From Escherichia phage CR01, in the sequence record OR061068: a stretch of 45,236 nucleotides of DNA; one strand, 5' to 3'. Below are positions 7,805-17,886 of this stretch, in pieces (positions within the stretch are counted from its first letter, which is position 1; every line of letters starts with the position of its first letter). The translations under genes were made by a program, and so were the position numbers. The notes beneath the pieces are model-generated. The model saw nothing but the letters and a program-made list of their open reading frames with translations, did no database searches and was not told the origin of the DNA.

Positions 7805-8289
7805 TATTTATCACTCCCGTGTGATTTTAAGTGTGTAGAGTTACCGTTACAGTCGTATCCAGTGACAGCGTGTGTGGTTATGCCGAGGCCTCGGAAATGC
7901 TTAATTACCGCCGGAGAATCATCGAATGCACACAAGATTCTCTCCAGCCCGATAGCACGCAACACCTCTTCTTTAATTGCGATGTCTTTTCTGTTGTCGT
8001 GTTTGCTGCGCATGATTAGCTGATAAAATTCGACGCGGTGGCGCTGCAACCACATTCTGGTTTCTTTTTCTGCATCATCACTACGGCCCGTTAAAATAAT
8101 AACGGCGTAGCGACGATTGAGGGCGTTACACAGTTCGATGTTATCTCTAATTGGTTCATCATCTTTGCACGCCATGTTAAAGGGCTTCCACGCCCACGTT
8201 TCGTTGTAGTTATCTTTCGGCAGCAGGTGCAAACGATGCGTACCATCAGCCAATGTCCCATCTAAATCGAAAATTACAATATCTTTCAT
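7804..8289 (-). CDS. HAD-superfamily phosphatase, T4 Pnk 3'-phosphatase-like
   Basis: 161 aa; motif I FDLDGTLA (DxDGT), motif II ILTGRSDD, RKD lysine motif, motif IV AFDDSP; order and spacing match the phosphatase domain of T4 polynucleotide kinase as recalled. Confidence 0.55.
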   Translation of the reverse strand: MKDIVIFDLDGTLADGTHRLHLLPKDNYNETWAWKPFNMACKDDEPIRDNIELCNALNRRYAVIILTGRSDDAEKETRMWLQRHRVEFYQLIMRSKHDNRKDIAIKEEVLRAIGLERILCAFDDSPAVIKHFRGLGITTHAVTGYDCNGNSTHLKSHGSDK

Positions 8290-9035
8290 CCCAGCATCTC
8301 CGGTGAAATAGTTAAACGTGCGACCTCGCCGTATTCGGCGCTATAAGTAATTACATTTGCACTACGGCCTGACATCCATCCGCCGCGGGAGGCGTAGGCA
8401 TCTTTAGCCGCCAGGGTGCGGTGTTGCTCAACAATCATGTTACGGCTTTCTACAATCTTTTGATGGTGGAGATGCCCGACATGTGCGTAACTGTACTCGC
8501 TTTCGCCAAATGCTTTTCTGAACTTAGCTATCATAATTGGCTCGACCACCTCAAACCGGCATTTATGCCCGTGTGTAAAGAACAGCGTCGTTTTGCCGTG
8601 TTGCACCATCTTGTAAACATCCGGCGACGTATCGACGAACACACGAGGCTCGTTGTCGTATAGCGTACTGAACATCTCAGCCAACCAAATCATACCTGAT
8701 TCGTCATGGTTCCCTTGCACGATAAGCAGGCGAACATTTTTATGTTTAACCAGAGCCATATCGACAACACGGCGGACCATACGAATCATGTAGCGGACCA
8801 GTTTCTGATAGCGCGTATCCGCGTCAAGAACATGACCACTCGCTGGCGTAACGGCATCCAGACTATCAAAGTGCGCGAAGTCACCAAGAAGGTTAATAAC
8901 CCCTGTTCCCGCATCTGGCGCTTTCTGAAACGCAGCATCAAACCACCGAGAGAACAGGTCTTCTGCAATCTTCATATCCCAGTCATCGCCGCTCTCGTCG
9001 GCCCATGCCAGCATACCGAGATGGAAATCAGACAC
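8286..9035 (-). CDS. calcineurin-like metallophosphoesterase (Mre11/SbcD-like), probably the C-terminal part of a fusion with the upstream HTH ORF
   Basis: Motifs SDFHLG (DxH), GDFAHFD, GNHDE, THGH, GHLHH in canonical order; annotated start is GTG with no beta-strand before the DxH motif, while the upstream frame is open. Confidence 0.6.
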   Translation of the reverse strand: MSDFHLGMLAWADESGDDWDMKIAEDLFSRWFDAAFQKAPDAGTGVINLLGDFAHFDSLDAVTPASGHVLDADTRYQKLVRYMIRMVRRVVDMALVKHKNVRLLIVQGNHDESGMIWLAEMFSTLYDNEPRVFVDTSPDVYKMVQHGKTTLFFTHGHKCRFEVVEPIMIAKFRKAFGESEYSYAHVGHLHHQKIVESRNMIVEQHRTLAAKDAYASRGGWMSGRSANVITYSAEYGEVARLTISPEMLG

Positions 9036-9412
9036 AGTGTAAAGGTTGAGTAGCTTGTCGTCTCGTTTGGTGCGAACGGCTTTAACAGGAGCAACGGGGT
9101 AATCTCCGACTTCATGCCCTCGATTACGGCCTTCATTAACTCGACCTGACGTTCCGCATCGGTGTCGGTCTTAACCCATTGCAGTTTAGTGTTGCCTAAC
9201 TCGTCCACAAGTGACGATGTTCCTTTAATCTTGTAGCCATCTGGCACAAGGTGGCTAACGTCCCGCCCGTGGCCTACGCCTTTCTTAGCCAGCTTCGCTT
9301 TACGGATGCGAATAACGCGGTCTGAGATGCCGTATTTACGGGCGATGTCGATATTCTTCATACCGGCGTTCAATTCTTCCTGTAACTGTTCGTCGGTTAT
9401 TTTCTTCCGGGC
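8972..9412 (-). CDS. HTH DNA-binding protein (N-terminal part of a probable HTH-metallophosphoesterase fusion)
   Basis: ATG 9412 with ribosome-binding site GAGGAAG; HTH-like DEQLQEELNAGMKNIDIARKYGISDRVIRIRKAK; the C-terminal 20 residues look non-native; adding one C at C-run ~9096-9099 joins this frame to the phosphoesterase. Confidence 0.45.
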   Translation of the reverse strand, partial: ARKKITDEQLQEELNAGMKNIDIARKYGISDRVIRIRKAKLAKKGVGHGRDVSHLVPDGYKIKGTSSLVDELGNTKLQWVKTDTDAERQVELMKAVIEGMKSEITPLLLLKPFAPNETTSYSTFTLCLISISVCWHGPTRAAMTGI

Positions 9413-9480
9413 CATGCTTACTTCCTCGTGTTTAGGATTTGTCCTATTTAACCACAGTGCATTCATTTAAATAAAGGCGA

Positions 9481-9807
9481 CTATTTACTTTCCGCGCCTA
9501 TCGCCCACCCGGTCATCACCATTTGCAGGCGGGTGGCTGTCAGTAGGCTGTAAAACGCGTCTCCGTTTTTCTCTACCGAACGTATTACAGAGTATGTTAC
9601 GGCTTGCGGAGGCAGGCCCGATTTACCAACCCCTACGGCAGCCTCACACTCGCGAACGGTAGAGTCCTTAAATGCCTTTACAATAGTAGGGTCGGCTTTA
9701 TCGAGCACACCAGAAGTCATAAGAACAGATTCACTAAATACCTGTTCGCACGGGGACCCAAAAGCAGCAAAAGACATAAACCCCAGAGCTAATACTAATT
9801 TACGCAT
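9481..9807 (-). CDS. small secreted/periplasmic protein (108 aa), first gene of the moron operon
   Basis: N-terminal signal peptide MRKLVLALGFMSFAAFG; gene sits immediately downstream of a conserved early promoter cassette. Confidence 0.5.
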   Translation of the reverse strand: MRKLVLALGFMSFAAFGSPCEQVFSESVLMTSGVLDKADPTIVKAFKDSTVRECEAAVGVGKSGLPPQAVTYSVIRSVEKNGDAFYSLLTATRLQMVMTGWAIGAESK

Positions 9808-9870
9808 AATTATTTCCTCAGTAAGTTACAGGTGAATAGTACCCTATTATATTGGGGTGCGCAAGTAGTG
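9808..9870 (-). promoter_or_regulatory. conserved early promoter/operator cassette driving the moron operon
   Basis: Reverse complement CTTGCGCACCCCAATATAATAGGGTACTATTCACC...GAGGAAATAATT-ATG; near-identical to the copies at 62-115 and 43428-43495. Confidence 0.5.
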
Positions 9871-9971
9871 TGTTAGAATAAGTTTGCGCCTAGTGTCGCA
9901 CACGAAAAGCGGGTGGTTCCCGTCTGGCGCGTCAACCTTAACTTGTAACCTCTTAACCAAAGGATTAAATA

Positions 9972-10388
9972 ATGAAACTCTCTGATTTTTATTTTGCGGA
10001 CCGCCATGCTGCTGGCACTAAAATGCCCATCCTTCTGCCTAGCGGTAAAGATTCCGGTGAATGGTTGCAAGTCATCGGCCCTGATTGTGACGCTGGCGTT
10101 CGTGCTGGCCGTGCCTATACAACGGCAATTCGACGCCTTACGGAAGAACTTGCGCCGTTAGATAAAGAGTGCGAGGCACTGAATAACTGGGCGCGCTATA
10201 ACGATGAGAAGGGCTGGCGGGTGATGGACTTGAACAAGCAGCTTGCCGTTGAAATCGTCACCGGTTGGTCGTTCGACGAACCTTTCAGCAAAGAGGCACT
10301 GGCTAACCTGTTCGACCAGTACAGTGGGCTGGCGGAGGCCGTAGTTAAGCATCACACCGACAGTCGCGAGAAACTCTCGGAAAAGTAA
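9972..10388 (+). CDS. tail assembly chaperone (lambda G-like)
   Basis: 138 aa ORF immediately upstream of the tape measure gene; ends at a GAAAAG slip site with an open -1 frame downstream. Confidence 0.55.
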   Translation: MKLSDFYFADRHAAGTKMPILLPSGKDSGEWLQVIGPDCDAGVRAGRAYTTAIRRLTEELAPLDKECEALNNWARYNDEKGWRVMDLNKQLAVEIVTGWSFDEPFSKEALANLFDQYSGLAEAVVKHHTDSREKLSEK

Positions 10389-10750
10389 AAGCGCTGTATG
10401 AATTTGCGCAATGGTGCTTTGTCGACCGCCACAAACGTAAGCAATTCGACGACATAGCGGCAGGCCACCAGGCGGCTTTGATTGCAATGGGCGTGATTAA
10501 AGAACCGCAGATGAAAGAAGCGACGGGGCCTGAATGCCCCGTTTCTCTTATCGACGTGTTCGAGAAATACCGCGCCATTAAATTCCTACAGCGCGAAACA
10601 GATGATACTATCGTCATAATCCCGCGCGATGCGCTCAAATGGCAAGATTTGGTAGCGTTTCGTGATGTCGCCGGTTACGGCATAAGTTTGTTCGAAGCCG
10701 AGGTTATCATGGGCTTAGACGGAATATTTGAGGGCAGAGAAGATGGCTGA
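10379..10750 (+). CDS. T-extension of the tail assembly chaperone (G-T product via -1 frameshift)
   Basis: The -1 frame is open from 10349 through 10750 with no start codon until 10478; overlaps the G stop; conserved G/GT arrangement before tape measure genes. Confidence 0.45.
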   Translation, partial: GKVKALYEFAQWCFVDRHKRKQFDDIAAGHQAALIAMGVIKEPQMKEATGPECPVSLIDVFEKYRAIKFLQRETDDTIVIIPRDALKWQDLVAFRDVAGYGISLFEAEVIMGLDGIFEGREDG

Positions 10751-13054
10751 TACGGCTTCCCTAATTGCCAGAGTAAAAACAGAAGGCGCCGACGTAGCCG
10801 CCAAACAGCTTGACGCTATGGCGGCATCCGCAGACCGGGCGGATACCGCGGTAAACAAGCTGACTCCGGATGTCAATAAAGTTAACACAGCTACCTCTAA
10901 AGCAGCCTCTGACGGTTTCGCTAAGTTCCGTAACGCCGCCGGGCAGGTGGGCTTCCAGGTACAGGACATGGTTGTCCAGTTGCAGTCCGGCACGTCTGCA
11001 TTCGTAGCAATCGGGCAACAAGGCTCGCAGCTTGCAGGTGCTTTCGGCCCCGGTGGCGCGGTGCTCGGGGCTGTAATTGCTCTTGCGTCTGCTGTTGGCG
11101 GCGTCCTGTACAAATCGCTAACCGAAGCCGAAGGTAGTTCAAAAGACCTCGAAACCGCACAGAAACAGTTAAAAGATACTTTCCAGCAAACGGCATCTGG
11201 CTCTCTCGAACTGACAGACGGCCTCATCCAGCTTACCCAAATAAGCCGAGAAGCGGCAGAGACTCAGCTTGCTCTGGCTAAGGCTAACGCGGACCTTATC
11301 GCGCAGCAAACAGCTAAAGCTGTTCGTGAGGACGCAGAATCATGGGAAACGTGGAAAGCCTCCACGGCGTCGGCGATTAGCCAGTACGATGCACTGGTCT
11401 CTAAGGGTGCGGATGTAGGCGACACGTTAGAAAAACTAGGCGGCACTTACGAGGGTAACATCGTAGGCGTCAACATGCTGGCGCAGAATATCGCGGAGCT
11501 TAGCAGTAAGTTCGGGGTTAACCGTGACCAGGCGCTGGAGATGATAGCGGCGCAGAGCGCGTTTAACAAAGAGCCAACCGCGGAGAATGCCCGCCGCATC
11601 GCCGATGTGTTTACCGACTGGCTGGGTAACACAAAACAGTTGAACCCGGAGCTTATCCGCCTCACCGATAATGCCAACAAGAACGCCACGGCACTGGAAA
11701 ACGCAGAGAAGTCAGCAAACGCGGCGGCAGAGGCCCAAAAGAATCTTGGTCGTAACGTCAACTCAACCACGCAGAGATTCCAGGAACAGAACGAAGCTAT
11801 CGTCAAGAATCAGCAAATTGCCATCTTAAGCGACCGTGAGCGCATCAGGGCGCAAGCTGAGATGGATAAACAAGCGTTCGCTAAACGTGAAGCTGTCACC
11901 AAAGAACAGATCGCCGCGTATAATGCCGCTCGTGACACGGAAGCACAGCAAGACATCGCCCGCATCGACGCTACCGAAAAAGCGAAGGCAGACCGTGAGG
12001 CTAAATCGAACGAGAAACGTCTGGCGGCGCAGGCCAAACGTGAAGAAACGGCGGCACAACGCCAGAAGAAAGCTGCGGAAGATTTCCTCGCTACGGTTGA
12101 CCGTACAACCGGAGATGAAATTTCTCGCATCACGGCGGCCGAAGAGCAGAAACTGGCGAAACTTGAAGAGTTCAACCGCGCCGGAACGATAAGCCAGCAG
12201 CAGTACGAAAACGCCAAAACTCAGATTATGCTCACAGCTGAGCAGGCCAGACAGGAAGAACTGGATAAGAAAAGAAAAGAGCAGCAGGAAAAGCAGCAGA
12301 AAGGCGAGGACTTCATGGCGCAGATTATGGGTCAGAATGCTGCCGAGCTTGAGCTTCTTGACATCCAGGAACAGCAAAAGCTGGCGGTCGCGGATAAGTA
12401 CCGAGAACAGGGGCTTATTAGCGAGAAGCAGTATCAGGCCGCGCTTAACGCCATCAACGAGCAGTACGCCACGAAGCGTGCCGACGCAACGGCAACCGCC
12501 TTCGGTAACATGGCTTCAAACATCGGTTCGGCTTTGGGGAGGCTTCCGGCGCGTACAAGGCATTCGCTATCGTACAGGCCACTATAGCCACATACACAGC
12601 AGCTATTGAGGCTTATAAGTCAACGGCCGCTATCCCTGTAGTTGGCCCGTTCCTGGCCCCCGTAGCCGCTGCCGCTGCCGTTGGGGCGGGTATGGCGCAG
12701 GTTTCCGCTATCCGGTCCGCGCGTGAACAGGGCGGACAGTTATCCGCAGGGCAGGCTTCCACCATCGCTGAACGCGGTAAACCCGAAGTTATCATGCCCG
12801 CTGGCGCATCGCGTGTGCGCACCGCGCAGCAGATGAAAGAAATTATGGGGCAAAACGGGTCTTCTTCCGGCCCGTCTAATGTTACTATCGTAAACAACAC
12901 GAGTTCTCAAATCGGCAACGTATCCACTGAGCAAGATGATGAAGGCCGTCTACGCATCATCATCGAAGAGCAAGTGGCCGCCTCTTTGCAGAACAGTAAC
13001 AGTAAGATTAGCAAGGCCCGCAAGGCCACAAGAAACGCGCCGGGGTTTAAATAA
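10743..13054 (+). CDS. tail tape measure protein, frameshifted at G-run ~12536-12539
   Basis: Long Ala/Gln/Glu-rich coiled-coil ORF 10728..12587; the C-terminal frame 12692..13054 joins if one G is added to GGGG; fused reading gives a hydrophobic Ala/Gly-rich segment. Confidence 0.7.
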
Positions 13055-14444
13055 TGAGCGACTTATATTTCCCACGTAGCCTTAAGCCTATTGTGTCGAA
13101 AGGCTACTCAATGACCAGACGCAACAACGTCTGGAGTGTCGATTTAGCCGGTGGCGGAGTGCGTCAAGGCCGTGACACGTATTATGATGTGTTCCCAATA
13201 AGCGTAACCCTGATTACATCCGCAATGGGGCGGCAGGCGTTTCTGTCGTTCCTCGAGAAAGTCGATGGTGGCGCGTCAAGTTTCTGGATGGCGCACGACT
13301 TCGGCATGGGTATTGAGGATTATCAAGTCACCATTACATCCACCGTCGCCGAGTCCACCGAAGACGGGATTAACTGGACAATTACTTTCACGGCAACCGC
13401 TGAGAAATCACCGTTCCAGGACCTTGAGAACCAGTGTCTGATTAACAATCTGCCAGATTTGTATGGCTGTTATGGTGATTGCCTGGGCAGTTTCCTGAAA
13501 ATATACGCGAACTATGAAACGACGTTCCCGCGTATCTGGAGTGACGAAGGCCCCGCCGGTTATCCGCCGATTAACCTTCTGGCGTCGACTCTTGATAGCC
13601 GCATTGTGTATGACGGGCCACAGGTTTACTACATCAACAGAAATGGCAATCTTGTGCAGTCCGCCGCCAATGAATGGCCTCTTACGTTCATTGATGGTGT
13701 TGCGGTTGGGCGAGTTCCTCCTGAAAATGCTGCAGAAAATATAATAATTGAGTCTTCAAACATAACTGATGCGTCGTGGGATAAGCAGAGGACAACAGTG
13801 AGCTATGACGGAAGCCTGGTTTTATCTTTCGCCGTTACCCCAGATGAAAACACGGGCGTCCACACCATTAATCAGACAGTTCATGCGCAAATTCTAGAAG
13901 GTGAAAAATACACATTCAGTGTTTTTTTAAGGCTAATGGGTATAATTTTGCCAGGCTCCGCGCGGCAAATCAGGATACTACGCACATCTCTTCCGCGATA
14001 GTAGACCTCACATCCGGGACTATTGTCGATGGCGAAGCATATTCCACAATAACATCTATAGGAGGCGGATGGTATCGAGTTACTGAAACTATAACGGCAC
14101 CACCCGGCGGGTTTGACGGCCTCAATCTGTCGATGTGGATTTACGAAACAGCAACAATATCATCGTTTCCAGGGGATGGGGTTAGTGGCATTCTCGCATC
14201 CACTCCACAAATAGAAAAAACAGAGTTCTCCACGTCCCCAATAGTAACTGAATCGTCATCAGTAACACGCCCATCCGCAGGTGCAAAAGTAGCAATGAAT
14301 GGCGCAATAAGCATCGACATAACCTATTCCGACGGCTCTGTGGTAAACGTTCAGGCTGTTGACGGTTATGCCGCCATCCCCCAAGCGGATTCTTCGTGGG
14401 GCAGTAAATACATCACTCGTATCGACTTTAATGTGGGCGGTTAA
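13054..14444 (+). CDS. minor tail protein (distal tail protein-like), frameshifted at T-run 13922-13928
   Basis: Track ORFs 13054..14001 and 14133..14444 join in one frame when one T is added to the T7 run. Confidence 0.4.
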
Positions 14445-14447
14445 TTT

Positions 14448-14963
14448 ATGAGTCAGGAATCAGTAGAAGCAGCCTATCGCCGTAAGCTGGCCTCAAACCC
14501 CGACGGCGAGATGGACTACATCACGTTGCAAATCAGCCACCCGTTGCTGTCAAAGACGTACTATCTTGTGCGCGGGTTGCAGGAGCTTACAGCAACGCTG
14601 GAGACAGGAGAAACAATCACGTTCGAACCAACCCCGATGGAAGCGTCGGGTGCTTCGAACAATAGTGATATGGACCAGACGACGACGTTTACTCTACCTG
14701 ATATTCTCAATCAACTGGATGATGAGATGGATAAAATCCCGATGAGTAACACCGAGTTGCCGAAGTTTATTTTTCGCCGTTACGTCAGCACAGACCTGTC
14801 TTATCCAGCTGACGGCCCTGTCGTGTATGAGTTGCAGGCTATAAACCAAGAGAAGGGTGAGTTCTCTGCGGATGTCGGTACACCTATGCTGAACCAACGA
14901 AGCACTGGTATACTGATGACACCTAAAGAGATACCGTTATTACGCGGCCTGTTGACCACATGA
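14448..14963 (+). CDS. minor tail protein
   Basis: 171 aa ORF in the lambda-like tail tip gene order. Confidence 0.35.
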   Translation: MSQESVEAAYRRKLASNPDGEMDYITLQISHPLLSKTYYLVRGLQELTATLETGETITFEPTPMEASGASNNSDMDQTTTFTLPDILNQLDDEMDKIPMSNTELPKFIFRRYVSTDLSYPADGPVVYELQAINQEKGEFSADVGTPMLNQRSTGILMTPKEIPLLRGLLTT

Positions 14964-15325
14964 ATATTAACGACTACACGGGCATACCTTACGACTTTCG
15001 CAAACGCAATTGCTGGCATCACGTGCGCATTGTCCGCGCGGATGCCGGGTTAGAAACACCGGCGTTCGACGTTACAAGCCCAACGGCAATTAACGAAGCG
15101 TTTGACGAAGGCCACCGTGACACGAAGGGGCTTACGAAGATTGATAAGCCTGAAAACTTCTGCGCGGTGCTTATGGGGTATCGACGCGGCGGTCGTATCG
15201 TGTGGCATGCGGGGGTTTACTTCGACGGGATGGTGAGTCATTGCGAGCTTGCTTCACGTCAGGTGCGGCTTGACAGGCTGGCGGACCTCAGAGACACGTA
15301 CACGGAGATTGAATTTTGGCGATAA
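14960..15325 (+). CDS. tail assembly protein, NlpC/P60-like (lambda K C-terminal domain-like)
   Basis: 121 aa; Cys-His motif NCWHHV and later His/Cys (WHAGVYFDGMVSHCE); synteny with the K position. Confidence 0.4.
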   Translation: MNINDYTGIPYDFRKRNCWHHVRIVRADAGLETPAFDVTSPTAINEAFDEGHRDTKGLTKIDKPENFCAVLMGYRRGGRIVWHAGVYFDGMVSHCELASRQVRLDRLADLRDTYTEIEFWR

Positions 15326-17874
15326 TCCTGCACTACACGCGAAACGCTGATGGCGCTTTCGACCGTACAAAACACGTCGGGACGCCGATGGAGTTTGTCG
15401 TTAACCGTATTCCTGACGGCGTGCCTGTGCGCGTCTACCTCGGCGAAATTGGTGATGATACAGACGTAACGGACGACTTCGATGCGCTTAAAGACGAGGA
15501 CGCCGTGTACCACATTATTGAGGGAGCGGGTAGCGGGGCGCTTGGTGCCGTTAGTAAGGTATTTGGTTTTATCCTTAAGCCAATTGCCAAGTTGTTCGGC
15601 CTTAACACAGCCACCAACGCCAACTACACGGCGACTAACAACCAGACAACATCACCAAATAACAGCCTCACAGACCGCTCCAACAAACCACGCCCTTACG
15701 AGCGCTCTTATGACATCTGCGGGACTGTACAGACAATCCCTAACGACCTGATGCAGACGTATAAGGCGTTCAACTCCACCGGTGCTTTGCTGGAGTATTC
15801 ATACTACGACGCAGGGCGCGGGCATCTGTATATTGAGGCTGATGGCGTCACGGAAGGTGACACCCTGATAAGCGACATCACAGGTTCCTCTGTTGCCGTG
15901 TATGCGCCGTATACGTCGCCGAACAACACCACATCTCCGCAACTACAAATCGGCGACGTCATTGACCAGAAACTCTATGTGACATACTCCAACGACGACG
16001 TTGACGGTATTGTACTGAAAGCTCCAAACGACATTGGGGCTAACCCAAGCGCCGACGGGAAAGTTCGTTATGACTCGTCAACTAAAATAGGCTACATATA
16101 TGATAGCTCTGGGGATTCCGCCTTCACCGAGTTTCTTAACGTCGGAGACATCGCGGTCTTAACTGAATTTTGGGTTAAGGACGTTGCCGTTTTAGACGGG
16201 GAGTTTGAAGTTCTTTACGTGGACGATTTTGAGGTGAGAATAGCTACAGGCGGTACTAACCAATGGCCTAACCTCGGAAGCACCACCTACAACCTGACCG
16301 AGCAATCAATCACGTTTATCGGGCCTAAAGACACTTATGAACCCTCGCTTTCAGACTGGTACTACATGGTGCGGGGAGAAGTTGACCGGGTGCTCGTTAA
16401 CGTTGCAGGGCAAAACGGTCTCTACAAATACGACGGCGGCTATAACCGCACCAGCGTAACCGTAGAACTCCAGTACCAGATGATTGATTCTCAACGCAAC
16501 CCGTTGAGCGATATCTACACGGTACAGGCTACGATTACCGGTAATAGCACGGATTACGTCGGTACGACCATTTATGGGCAGTTGCCTACCGCATCGCGTT
16601 TCCGCGCCCGTATGCGCCGTATAACGAATTTTGATAAGGACTACGACGGAACGGTAAGCGACGAGATAACCTTCATCAACCTTTATGGGCAATCACTCGA
16701 CACCACCCCACACTACGGCAACAGAACTACCGTACATTGCGCCCGTAAACAGACGCCACGTGCCGCCAGCATAGACAACCCGGAACTGCGCATGATTGCG
16801 ACCGAGATGTGCTACAAATACTTAGGCAATGGGGTGTTCGATACAGTAATGTCGCCAAATACCCAGGCTGTGCAGTCACTAATTCGACTGGCGCGCGACC
16901 CTGCAGTGGGCAATCTGGAACTGACGACGGCAAACATGGACAAGTTACTTGCTGTGCAGGAAGAAATTGAGTCCTATTTTGGTAGCGAATTGGCCGGGCA
17001 ATTCTGCTACACATTCGACGACTACGACACCACGATGCAGGACATCGTCCAGACCATAGCGGAAGCCGTGTTCTGCACCGCGTACCGTAAAGGCGCGGAT
17101 ATTATGCTGCGATTCGACCGTCCGGTTGCGGGGCCTGAAATGGTGTTCACCCACCGCAGTAAAACGACCGGTACGGAGAAATGGACGCGCACGTTCAATG
17201 ATTCCACGACATACGATAGCCTTTCGTTCTCGTACATTGACCCGGATACAAACGTACAGGAAACGATTTATATCCCGGAAGAACTCGGCGCAAACACCGA
17301 GGAATACGAATCGAAGGGTGTACGCAACTACCAACAGGCATATTGGCTGGCGTGGCGTCGATACCAGCGCAACGCGTTAAGTAAAGTTGTCGTAGAGTTC
17401 GAAGCCACTGAAGAAGGCGCGCTCGCCACACCCGGCGGTGTAATCAGCGTGGTTAAAGGTTCACGTATCGCGCCACAGGACGGCTATGTTGTTGCCGTTA
17501 ATGGGCTTACGTTGACGCTGTCTCAGCCTATTACGTTTACTCCCGGTGACGACCACTCCATCATCCTCAAGAAGCGCGATGGCTCCGTGCAGAGTATTTC
17601 TGTTATCAAAGGAAGCCACGACCGCGAAGTGATTATGCTCTCCGCGCCGGAGGAGGCAATCTACACGGGGAATAGCGCACTAAAAACTGAGTTTTCATTC
17701 GGCAACGAAGCAAGGCATAATGCTCAGAAGATAGTTGTTTCTTCAATCGACCCGGGCGACGACCGCACGGTCAAGATTACGGGCTACAACTATGACGACG
17801 GATTCTATAAATACGACGGCGTCGCGCCATACGGCAGCGGTTTCTCCGACGGATTCAGCAATGGTTTTAATTAA
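15316..17874 (+). CDS. tail tip / host specificity protein (J-like), N-terminal region I-like
   Basis: 852 aa ORF after the K-like gene; N-terminal Gly-rich GSGALGAVSKVFGF segment. Confidence 0.5.
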   Translation: MAIILHYTRNADGAFDRTKHVGTPMEFVVNRIPDGVPVRVYLGEIGDDTDVTDDFDALKDEDAVYHIIEGAGSGALGAVSKVFGFILKPIAKLFGLNTATNANYTATNNQTTSPNNSLTDRSNKPRPYERSYDICGTVQTIPNDLMQTYKAFNSTGALLEYSYYDAGRGHLYIEADGVTEGDTLISDITGSSVAVYAPYTSPNNTTSPQLQIGDVIDQKLYVTYSNDDVDGIVLKAPNDIGANPSADGKVRYDSSTKIGYIYDSSGDSAFTEFLNVGDIAVLTEFWVKDVAVLDGEFEVLYVDDFEVRIATGGTNQWPNLGSTTYNLTEQSITFIGPKDTYEPSLSDWYYMVRGEVDRVLVNVAGQNGLYKYDGGYNRTSVTVELQYQMIDSQRNPLSDIYTVQATITGNSTDYVGTTIYGQLPTASRFRARMRRITNFDKDYDGTVSDEITFINLYGQSLDTTPHYGNRTTVHCARKQTPRAASIDNPELRMIATEMCYKYLGNGVFDTVMSPNTQAVQSLIRLARDPAVGNLELTTANMDKLLAVQEEIESYFGSELAGQFCYTFDDYDTTMQDIVQTIAEAVFCTAYRKGADIMLRFDRPVAGPEMVFTHRSKTTGTEKWTRTFNDSTTYDSLSFSYIDPDTNVQETIYIPEELGANTEEYESKGVRNYQQAYWLAWRRYQRNALSKVVVEFEATEEGALATPGGVISVVKGSRIAPQDGYVVAVNGLTLTLSQPITFTPGDDHSIILKKRDGSVQSISVIKGSHDREVIMLSAPEEAIYTGNSALKTEFSFGNEARHNAQKIVVSSIDPGDDRTVKITGYNYDDGFYKYDGVAPYGSGFSDGFSNGFN

Positions 17875-17886
17875 AGAGGACTCTAT

